From the NCBI GenBank assembly GCA_047495785.1, contig JBLDXI010000007.1, positions 186,001 to 250,000 on the forward strand: DNA of 64,000 nucleotides, written 5' to 3'. Below are positions 24,829 through 35,589 of this stretch, piece by piece; position 1 is the first letter of the stretch, and every line of letters starts with the position of its first letter. A program made the position numbers and the translations under genes. The DNA comes from Lepidodermella squamata. Lineage: Eukaryota; Animalia; Gastrotricha. The notes beneath the pieces are model-generated. The model saw nothing but the letters and a program-made list of their open reading frames with translations. It ran no database searches and had not been told where the DNA came from.

Positions 24829-26262
24829 TTATCGTCCGTATTCTCGAATTATGTTTCGCCTCGCGCTGCGCCCTGCTTGCCAACTTTTATCGGAATCTTC
24901 CAGAGAAATGTCCATATTTCGGACAATAGAACCAGCATAGTTGATGTTGCGATTAGCGGCCCTGCCGCAAACCTTGATACAATGAAGATCGTCCAGCGTT
25001 GAGAAGCGACTTTGAACGTTAGCAGAAACGGCTGATAGCCCGCATACAGCGAATTCGCGGCAAATTTGAGACCGAGTGTCGTAGTAAATGACGTAAATGA
25101 TTGTTGAAACGTCGCAATAGATCGCCCCTTCTTCCATCAGATGGCATTCTAGTTGGAAAAATTGTTTAATAAATTCAAAGAATTTCTAAATAAAACTAAC
25201 GGGTACTACGCCGCGATTGAATAATTTCTTTCGTGTTGAATTGGGTGCCTGAAGGTCGGGCCATGTTAGGCAGCTCTTGCATGCCGACAACAGTCTTCTC
25301 TCGAATGATTGGCGGATCGTTAAGCTGGGCAGAGTACAAGTCTGAGTTTCTCCTGCTCTCGTCGGCTTTCTTCGGCGTTTTATCCTCGACAACTCGGTAA
25401 ATTGGGAAAGGGTTCGGCACGCCAATAAATTTGCCATCATTCCGAAAAACTTGAATATGAAGACTATAAAAGGGAAGTAAATTGATTATTAAAAAGTCTT
25501 ACCTTGCCGGTATAGCTTAGGCCCGGATGGTACTTTAATTTCGATTTCGCCAAATCTCTGTTCCGATTTGGTCCGAATAGCCCTACTTCTCTGATGAAGT
25601 ATAGCTGTGAATGAGTGTGGCCCGCGCTTTGCTCCATTCTTAGCCGGCACCAGAGTGACATAAAGCGCTGGAACACGGTTGACATACGTGCCTTGTCCAG
25701 TTAAACTTTTCGTTAATTTGATGCTTGAAAAATCTGTATTAAACACAAGGGTATTCGCATTTGAGGCCCATCGCATCGCTGATTTAACGGCAATTTGCGT
25801 GCGAGGCGCGTCGAATCTGTCGTAGAACAGGCCGATGATATCGCCCTTGAAGACTCGAATAGCTTCGATGGGTTCATAGTACACCCAGTCTTTCAACGGG
25901 TGCTTGACGTGGTAGTCATTGATGTAAGTTTCGCTCACCAATTCGTAGACTGTTCCGTGTTTCGGGGTGACTCTAGGCCGGAAAACTCCTAGGTGAAGGC
26001 CGTGAATTACTGTAGTACTGCTTAGGAAATGCCATTCCGATAACAGAGCTTCATCGCATTGAATGGTCAAATCGAGGAAAAGCTGGGCGTAAGACTCCAC
26101 GAACGGATACCGAGTTTCGCCTGATTGGCTGAGATCACTTGGGAAAAACTGACCGTCAGATGCTGAGCAATCATAGGCGATAGATTTCGAACACGTCAGG
26201 AGCGTCGCCAAGGTAAATAACGCCACATTGGCTTTTATTTGGCTGAGTGACCCAAGTGACAT
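24829..26262 (-). CDS. K3: secreted GLHLAxFRP-domain plus Kunitz-like protein
   Basis: 3 exons; YPFVESYAQLFLDLTIQCD, GLHLGVFRP, GDIIGLFYD, RVPALYV; last exon CHL..C..YYDTRSQICREFAVC..HCIKVC. Confidence 0.8.
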
Positions 26263-27181
26263 TGATCTAGAATTTGATTTTTTCAAAGGGTTACTAAATG
26301 ATGTTTCTCTCGATTTTTTAATATTTTTTGTAGAAGGTTAAACAAAATTGAAGCTCATTTGAGACAGGTTCATCAATAAAGTTGATAATGCGATGTTCTT
26401 TTTTCTTACAAAGGATATTTGTTGTTGAGTTGACTTTTTTTGGCGACTTGCAAACAAAAAACACGACTCCCGCACAAGTTTGCGGTGTTAAATTGCTCGT
26501 GAGAAAAACGTAACAGGACAAGCGCGAAATACGCTGATGAGAGTGTTTACAACTAACCCGCGGAGAGTTGCGGTAAAGTCAACCTGCGTTATATTGACGG
26601 CCACGAAAAATTTGTTCAGATCGCTTATCTTGTCCAATTTTAGTCTATAAGTTCACCGCAAGATGTTGACTAAATGACTTACGAGGTGCTGAAAGTAATT
26701 CTACGTTTTTGTAATTAAAAAAAACAAGGTTAAGTTTTTTAGGCTATAATTTTGATTTTCAACAAACAAAAATTCCACAGCTTTGAGGTGATTTTTGTCA
26801 AAAACAACAAAGATTGGTTGCGTGTGATAAATCGGCGTCTGTAATTAAGACTTGAATTTTGAATGATTTTACGCATATATCGCGTTGCTCTTCATTGCGT
26901 GCTAGCGAGCGCGCTTTTGTAAATTTCACTAATTATCGCAAAATAGCTATTATTACGCTATAACAACGGATCTACTTTTACCTGTATCTTTGCTGTAATC
27001 TTTTTTTTTGTTAAAATATGTTTGGCTTAAAGCCTATTTTTATCCTCTTTCTACGCGGTAAACCTTTAATTTGAGAAAAAAGCTAAAAAGTAAACATCAT
27101 TTTTAATTTTATTTTCTATAATTATGTTGAGCACGTAAAAGACTGTTCTGTAAAATTATGAAAACACATGAACACAGTTGT

Positions 27182-29564
27182 TTACTTATTTTTAAGGGTA
27201 AATGGCCGGTTCGAATCGCGCCAAAATACGGCAATTGGCGGTCCTTCATGCCGCTCAGCGGCTAAAATAGCATCATCCAGGAAGGAAGCGACGGGTTTTG
27301 GCAAATCGAGATGGTGACCCTCGTGGGACCTTGCCACAGGGCTGACTGGAGCTGGGCCAGGGGTTGCCACGTTAACGCGGCGCCGGCATAGGACCTTACA
27401 CATGCGGTCCATAACTTCGTAAATTTCATTCTCGCGAAGATCACCCGGCAGCCCGCCGCAAGTCAGGTATTCGCTGCATTCGCGAGATTCGGCGTGGTAG
27501 TGAAAATAAATTGTTATCATCGATGCGCACTGTAGATCGCTCTTCACTGCCAGTGAGCACCCTAAAATACATTCCTAAATTTATATATTCCGAAAAAAAA
27601 CCCGATGTATTGAAAAAGGATTATATTTTATGGTGAATTAAAACCATCTAACAAACGCAGCTGGAAATTTTTGTGAAAAATTGTACTCAAAAAATCAGAA
27701 TAGATCTCTTTAATATTTTAATTTATTCTAAATTGCAATTAGGCCATGAATAAGATAATTCGAGCTGGGCCAACAAAGTGTAAATGCTTTGAAAAGTTTC
27801 ACAATTTAAGATCTTCCATGCCGTGTCCCACAATAGCGCTAACCAAGGAAATGCACGAAAAAGGGACCAAAAACTCTGAAATGAGAGGGGAAGTCATACC
27901 CATGGGTATCTCATGACCAGAAAAATCTTAGAAAAATCTGGAATGCCATAATAATAGTAATCAAGTATGTCTCTTATGAATGGGATTACACAAATTGGAA
28001 GAAATTTGATGCAACCAGGTAAAAACCGAAAATTACCGAACCGGGTTTTTTAGGGTTTTCTCGGGAAATTGTTTAATTCTTAATTTCTTCGGTAAAATCG
28101 TTGGTAAAGGATGGAGGCTCCCCCCAGTGGGCTTAATAAAAAAAATCATTCATAAAAAATTCGAAATTACAAAATGGTCGCCCAACTTATATGGACACGC
28201 TGTAAACCAAGCAAAAGTAATACGTAGTCGGAAAAGGAAAGTTTCCAATGATAAGCCGTGTAAATCTCCTATTAAATCAACATTTCGAATGCCGAGAGTA
28301 TGGTAGTAAATCACTCAACCTTCCAACAAGAATTAAAAATGGGTCTAACCGGGTAAAATGCAGATAATTACCGAACCAATTACCGGATTTTTCGGGTTTT
28401 TTCGGTATATTTCCAATTTTTTGGCGCATGGGTGGCAAATGCGTCCTGTTCAAATTTCAACCGAAAATTTCAAACCGATGAAGACAATGCTCATAATTTC
28501 AACGTCTTAACAGCAGAAAGTTAATAAAATCAGGAATTACTGATATGGCTGTAGGTTTCAACAGCTGGAGGAGGTGGAAGCGTCGTCATTGCCTGTGTCG
28601 TAGCTTCGACAGTCGTCACGAGAAACTCCGGCAATCGTCTCCTCATATAGCTATCAGTATACGGCTCAACCCAATTACTGCTGACCGTGTCTTGCTGGGA
28701 CTCACTTACTTCAGCGTCGTAATAATCCATTGAGTCTGAATTCGGGTGATCTAAGCTCAAAGCAGCCCCACTTTTCGTCATCGGCTGTTCGACCGCACTT
28801 CTCGGCAAAGCGTAGTAAGAAGACGGCGTGTTCTGGCGGAAAGGCTTCTGAGTTACCGAAATAGGTGTTTTTCGATTAATATTCTGCAAACCCCCGCGGT
28901 ATTTCGGTTTCGAATCTTCCATATAATCCGTGTAATCAGGCGGAAAAATAGGCACTTCCCCTTCACCAACCAGAGTCACGAAAATAGCCGGTTCTCGGAA
29001 AGCTAAGGTTCCGCCGATTAACGTGCCTTTCCGCTGTAGCAAATCTTCAGCTCCTAGCATGAAAATTCGAGTATTCCCCGACCGGTTCACGCCCTTTTCG
29101 TCCTGTTTCGACGTCATTTGCGTTCGAACAGAGGCTGTCCGCTGTTCGATAACGTAACGGTCGTAGAAAATTCCGATGTAGTCACCCGACTTAACGTCGA
29201 TGCCTCGAATAGGCTCCCAAACCGTCCAAGTCACTTCATCCGTCCCAGTTGTCCAGTTATTGATGTAAGAATCCGATACAAGTCGGTAATTAAACACCTG
29301 AGAGTTGTAGTAAACCGGCCGGAAGACGGCTAGGTGAAGGCCCCATATAATAGATCGACTAGTCTGAAAGTACCATGCTACAATCTGGCCATCGCAAGGG
29401 ATTCGCATGTTCAAAAATAGTTGAAGAGCCGGCTCGACAAAAGGATACTCATTATTCGCAGCATTCAACCTGCCAGGAAAGGCGAATTCTGTCCGGGGGC
29501 AAATTAGCCCGGAAGCTTCGATCTCAGCTAATAACAACAAGAAAATTGTTAACCGTGTTAACAT
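27182..29564 (-). CDS. K4: secreted GLHLAxFRP-domain plus Kunitz-like protein
   Basis: Exon 1 29564-~28541 (MRIPCDGQIVAWYF, WGLHLAVFRP, GDYIGIFYD); ~1-kb intron; exon 2 RCSLAVKSDLQC..FHYHAESRECSEYLTCGG..MCKVLC. Confidence 0.8.
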
Positions 29565-30044
29565 TTTACCTCCAAAAACTTGTATGTAACGTATACTGTT
29601 TTGAAGTGTATAATATAGAGTAAGTATACGTTTGTTCAAATATTTTTGCGTAAACAATGAGAGCACATTTTAGCGCGTTGGTGATGCGCAGTTTTTGCGA
29701 CTGTGGCTGAATATCCATTTTTCGCCGGAACATGAATGGAAGTAGCTCGCATGATGTATCTTTCCAACAAATTGCCGACTTCTTGTGACGCTAAATTTCA
29801 AAATTAAATTGCCGCAAAAAGCGCATTGTTTTCGAGCGAGAAAACGGTCCATCTCGCTCTCTCACTCTTTCAAGCCGGATAAGGAGTTATAACATTTTTA
29901 TTAACAGATTAGGCAAGGGCAAATGCCGTGGATGCGTGCTACTGGTAAAACGGAACAGCTTAATAAATTTTACCAATTTTTTATTTTTTTTTTATTAGCA
30001 AAAAGAGATCTTTGACTTGATGATTCATCACAAATTAACTCTCG

Positions 30045-30422
30045 TCACCAGTCCTGTACGTAAACTGGACAGCCAAATGCCCGCAACATAGCCACTCGCC
30101 CACGTTTAGGTGTTCGCCGCATACAGTCCAAAGTCTTCTTTAGGCTAAACTGGTAATTTGAAAAAAATTATTTAAAAAAAATCCTGAAAATCCTTTATTA
30201 ATCTACCTGAAAGCACAACTTGCAGGCAGCATTCGTAAGTTGATCTACGTACATTGAGATTGTTGCCGGGTCTAATTGATGCCGGTTCTCCATAATGTAG
30301 GCGATAACATTCAGTGGCTTTTTGGTACTTGGTCCAACTTCATTTTCGCTCACAGCAGCGTAAGTTGAGCAAAATAAAGCGAGAGATATAAGACCGACTG
30401 CGTACTTTAGGAGAAAAAGCAT
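30045..30422 (-). CDS. P16: displaced CxxCF/CMRR family member
   Basis: Exons 30422-30207 and 30149-30045; AACKLCFQ|FSLKKTLDCMRRTPKRGRVAMLRAFGCPVYVQDW*. Confidence 0.85.
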
Positions 30423-32502
30423 CCGAAATTTGAAACCTTAATATTTCTACAATAAATTTTTTTAGGAATTACAATTAGGATATTTACAATCACGCCTACT
30501 CTATATTATTTTGTTTTCTTTCGATATGTCCTCCTTTGGGTATAATATGTACGAAAATCTTGTAATGAAATTAGAACTGGCTTCTAGTATTCAATGCTAT
30601 TATGTTGGGTGGAATGATATCAGAGCATTGCCTCGGTGCAGCGATGAGGAAAAATCAATCACAGAGTAGCCTCCAACACGGTCAGTTTTATTATTTATTC
30701 ATGACGCGGCGTTTCCTTCTCGGGTGGCATCAAATAAATCACCCCCGCATGCCTATTTATTTCACTATTTGTTTCACTCTTGTTTATTAAAAATTTCATC
30801 CGCAGCCAATCCGCGACACTTTTACTCAAGTCGGTGAAATACAAAGGGTTATTATATTTTCGGTGAGATAACGCAAAACAGAAAGTGAAAGGTATTTATT
30901 TATTTGTTATTGATAATAAAGTGAACCGAGTGAGACAGGAAAACGGCAGCCAAGTTCGTGACACACCCGCGATTCCGTGCGAGCGATAAGGCCGCATTGC
31001 GATGAACTCGAACACGACACACGATAACTTGAATGTATTATTGATTAATTAAATACCGCGCGGGTTGTTGCGAGCGCGGGTGAACCACGCCCCGCGTCGT
31101 GTTTTATATTATACCGACATTGCAACTAATTTGATAGCGGCCGTATTTTTTAGAACTTGGTGGCTATGCGGCCACAATGTGTTTTTGTTGGCGCTTTTTT
31201 TCAATCTTCACCATCTGCAAAAAACAGTCGTTCCTAGTGCGCACCTAGGGCATCAACAAAGCGTTTACATTGAAGCTTTCGCTAATTGACACACGTTTTT
31301 CGCAAATAGGGAAGTTATTGAAGATACAAGATACAACACGGCCACACCGGCGAACTTTTTTGTTTAATATAACGAAATTTTTTTATTAGTCTGCTGTCTA
31401 AAACGCGAGGTTGTGTTGAATGAACTCGACCCGTTATAACAACCCACGAAAACAACTTTTTTTATTTAAATTATCTAAGGTTCTAGCTATTTAGACTGAC
31501 TACAGACAAAATAAATGCTCGTCGATCTGCGAGATTCTAGGCCTCAGCGTTAGTTCAAATCCTATACTGAATATATTTCATAGTTCATAGTTATCTTCTT
31601 TGTTTGAAGGTTCGAAAAATTTTTGTATGCATTCGAAATTCGGGGTAGGTACTAGTATCTGATCGAACTAAATAATGGACTACCGAATTATTGATCATCG
31701 CACTGCTAAAAACTGGGTCACCAAAAGATGAGGCAATTATTATAAACTTTCAAATTTTGTAGTCTTCAAACTGGGATATGAAACGCAAAGGGTCCACATG
31801 GGCCCGAATGGAGTTTCTTTTGAACTAATATTTTGTAGTTTCAGGGGCTGTGGTTGTAAAATGCTTGATATGCTTGATTTTGGTATGCTTTCTCCGTCCG
31901 CATTCATCCGGAAAGAACCATTGAAACGCGGCCCCTTGGTTTGATTTTGCGTTCCGCAGCGTTGTTTTAATCCGATTACGCAGCCCATTGAGTAAGGTGA
32001 ACACCTGTTAGTCGATTACTTAGGACACCCCTGGGTTAACTGAGGGGCGTGTTGAGTATTCTCAGCTCTACGAGATAGTTAACGGTTCTTTTGAACATTT
32101 GAAATTTGGAATTTTCAAAAATTAACCCCATCGATTTTGGAAATCAATTTTGTTATGCGAGAATTAAGATTTGATAATTATACATTTTACTTCACAAATT
32201 CTTACCTTCCGACTTGCGAAATCTCTGGAAACCCCAGGCCTAAATTTCATGCTCAGTTTTTTTCATCCACCCACCACATATGTATAGTTTGAAATAATTT
32301 CGAAGACGTCAGCACGTGATATTTTATGATAATAAAACGCGTGCGTTACAGTGTTGAACTGACTAGAGAGCTTAGACATTTTTTGCTCGAAAATTGGCTG
32401 CCAGTTTCACCTCTATCGTTCCCGCTATAAGTACACAGGATTACTCATCAATTTTCTGAATGTTTTATAGAGCTATTTTTTTGAGTTGATAATTTAATTG
32501 CC

Positions 32503-33215
32503 ATGGATTCGAAACGAAACCTGACATGGGAAGAACTGATCGCTGAACTGCATCGAATTTTCTCGAGCGACCACATCAACATCGACGAGGTGAAGGAAGT
32601 CATGTATTCCTACAAGTCGAACCCGAATGATTGGAAGAAATACGCCATGTTTGACCCAGGCCGTTACACCCGCAATTTAGTCGACGCAGGCAACGGCCGG
32701 TTCAACCTGATGATGCTGTGCTGGGGCGAAGGCCAAGCGTCGAGCATCCACGACCACGCTAATGCGCACTGTTTCATGAAGCAGTTGGCTGGTAAGCTGA
32801 CCGAATCGCTGTATGACTGGCCTGATCATGAAATCACCGATTTGGCCGAGGTTGAAACGGAGGGCCCGGCGTTGAAGCTCAAAAAGGAGAGCACCATGAA
32901 GGTGGACGACGTTCTCTACATCTGCGACAACATCGGGCTTCACCGGGTTTCGAACCCTAGCCACGTTGAAGGCGCAGTTTCTCTTCACCTGGTAATTAGC
33001 TCCACCTTAATTTGTAATTTTGTTTTATTAATTTTTTTCAATTTTTCCAGTACTGCCCACCATTCCAAAAATGCCAAATCTTTGACGCTAGAACTGGCAA
33101 GAAGAATACTGTTACGTCAACGTTTTGGTCCGAGTACGGCGAGCGTGTCAACCGCCTGCGGAATGAGACGAATATGATTGGCGAAGTGTCGCCGTGTCAC
33201 AGTACGACCCAGTGA
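32503..33215 (+). CDS. CDO1: Cysteine dioxygenase type 1
   Basis: Exons 32503-32991 and 33051-33215. YTRNLVD.GNG.FNLMMLCW, SSIHDHANAHCF (His pair and Cys), GLHRVSNPSH, SLHL|YCPPF (cross-link Tyr), TFWSEYG. Confidence 0.97.
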
Positions 33216-33459
33216 AAATTCACACACCTGCTGCAATTTTATGAACGCGCCTTCACCATTTCTGCTAATTTTTACACCAAAATTTACACGTAGTTGTTCG
33301 CGCGTAAATTGACGCAAAAGCCATTTGAAACCCCGTGATACTAATATATAGCGAGAATTATTCTTTTATTGATATATTACTGAAAATGCAATTTTGTTAA
33401 TAAAGTTTTTCTTGTTTTCGGTGGGGAGGGCCTTTTTGAACGTAACTTGTTGTTTAGCT

Positions 33460-33790
33460 AGACAACCCATGTAGTAAAAATCCAATGCATTTATTGGAAA
33501 AAACAAATGAAGCTTTCCTATTTTCGCATAATCTTTAAATAAAACGCAGCAGTTTGAAAAATGTTGCAAATTCAAAGGGTTTTTTTCGTTTTTTTTCCGT
33601 TTTTTTTGAAATTCTTGCGATTTCGCATGTCAGGATGGGCTTGATGCGACAGAAGATCGACAAGTTGGACGTGATTGGCGCGACACGCTTCAATGAGCGC
33701 TGTATTGGCACCCTCTCGCGCTTTACGATTCGCCGATAAGTCCAGTAGCGCTACATAATTCGCTATAGGATAGTTACGCGACAATATCGT
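33460..33790 (-). pseudogene. Degenerate partial duplicate of the ankyrin-SOCS gene
   Basis: 33618-33790 matches ~36439-36614 (ALIEACRANHVQLV.LLSHQAHPDMRNR). ~33460-33575 matches the 3' flank ~35460-35577. Confidence 0.85.
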
Positions 33791-33799
33791 GTACATTCC

Positions 33800-33990
33800 T
33801 ATACCGCGGGGTGGGTGACTGGCGTCAGAACGACCTGCCTAAAATAGAAACAAATGGCGGTTATTTTTTGCATCTCCACCAAGGCAGTCGCGTGCCGGAA
33901 AAACTGAGCGCCGGTTTTTTCTATGCATTTCGCTATTTGTTTCTATTTTAGGCAGGCCGTTCTGTCGCCTGTCGCCCACCCCGCGATATA
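33800..33990. mobile_element. MITE (~190 bp, ~60-bp TIRs, TA-flanked)
   Basis: tataccgcggggtgggtgac..cctgcctaaaatagaaacaaat versus atttgtttctattttaggcagg..gtcgcccaccccgcgatata. Confidence 0.85.
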
Positions 33991-34171
33991 CATAGTCCAG
34001 CACGTCTCCATCACAGTTATCCAGCCTTTTAATCTATCTCTCGCCCAGTTTAAGTTACGACTGATCAGCTCCCGTCCAGCACGACTATCCATCGCTTTTC
34101 CAGCACAGAATCATCGGTTCCTTGGTTGCGAGCCAAACGTTGTATCGGTCGCAACCTGAAAATTAATAAAT

Positions 34172-34336
34172 CGTCGTTGAATAACTCGGATTAAGGCTTG
34201 TTTTCAAGGTGACGACTGATAAGTAAAAAGCGCCGTTTTTTACGTGAACGAAGAGGCAAAAACAAAGGACTATTTACTTGTCACCCGTCGCCTTGAAACT
34301 GACGTAAACAGCCTAAATCCGAGTTATTCAACGACG
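34172..34336. mobile_element. Palindromic MITE (~165 bp)
   Basis: cgtcgttgaataactcggatt versus aatccgagttattcaacgacg; inner arms are also complementary. Confidence 0.8.
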
Positions 34337-34673
34337 CTGACGAAATCTCATCATGTGATGGAAGTCGGTTTGGGATCACCTCGGTGAATTTTATTCATTA
34401 ACAATAGCTTCAAAAAACGTTAAATTAAACGAATTTTTCAGGCTACTTTGTGATACTTCGGGCTATTTTGGATGATTCTTCCTGATTTTCTGGAAATGTC
34501 GCAAATCTCCGACAATGGTTTTTAATATACTGACTGGCTGGGCTGGTTTTTTTACAACTGCGCCATGTGCTTGCGTCCCACGTTTACACAAAGATTCAGG
34601 ATTGAATCCTCAGTTTTCTGCATAGGTATTCTTTAAAATGTCCAGAAATTCAGAAAAAAAACCATCCAAGATC

Positions 34674-35046
34674 ATGAGACGTACTATAGGACGCCGCGGT
34701 TTGCAGAGAATCTGAAAAAGTGTGATATTTTTAATGAGGTCCAAGGTCCAACTCGACCAATGAATCATCTCATTACACTTTTTGCAATCATCTCAAGCCT
34801 CTTTTTTTGCTTAAGATCAACGAGATCAACACATCTTTACACAGCGTCACGCCGATCTTTTGCTGTAAAAGAATTCTCATCAGTTTTTAATTATTGACAC
34901 TTAAAAAATTAAAATTTTATAAATTAAAATTTCTTTAATTTCGAAATTACTGGACTAAAATTTAATTCGTATGCACAGTCCGCGGCCTTCAAGAGGCCCA
35001 TGTAACGGGAGCTTCGAAGCCGCGGCGTCCTATAGTACGTCTCGAC
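34674..35046. mobile_element. Non-autonomous DNA transposon with probable 9-bp TSD (Mutator-like)
   Basis: TIR gagacgtactataggacgccgcgg versus ccgcggcgtcctatagtacgtctc; direct repeat tccaagatc on both flanks. Confidence 0.75.
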
Positions 35047-35589
35047 TCCAAGATCGCTTCAAGTATTAGAATGTAGATCTCACTTTCACCTATATTTGAC
35101 CATGCAAAAACTGGTTCAATTTCAACCTACCTATTAATGGAATTAATTGCTTTTGTTTAAAATTTAAAACACCCAAATCATTCAACTCAAATTTCAAGGT
35201 TGAAGTACCATATTTTGCTGTGAAAAATACACAAAAATAACAGTTGCGTTCACCGTAAGCTATTTGCGGAAGCATCAACCAACAGATCAAAGGAACAGAT
35301 CAAACAGATTCGAACAGATCAAAGGGGCCCTGGAACCCAGAATATAACAATCGAATATTTTCGAAACAGCAGACCTTCTGGCGCCCATGGCGTTAAGCCC
35401 ATTTTCTCGAAATTAGACAATCTAGACCCTGATATGGTATTGGGTATGGACTATCTGAACAACCTTTTGTTAAAAATCCATTGCTTGAATTTTTATTAGA
35501 AACCAAATGAAGCTTTCCCATTTTTGCATAATCTACGAATATAACGCAGCAGTTTGAAAAAAATATTGCAAAATTCACGGTACTTTTGC

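Noticed and set aside
27600-28500. Direct repeats (aattaccgaacc..gggtttt) in the K4 intron
   Set aside because: Probably TE debris; ends could not be defined.
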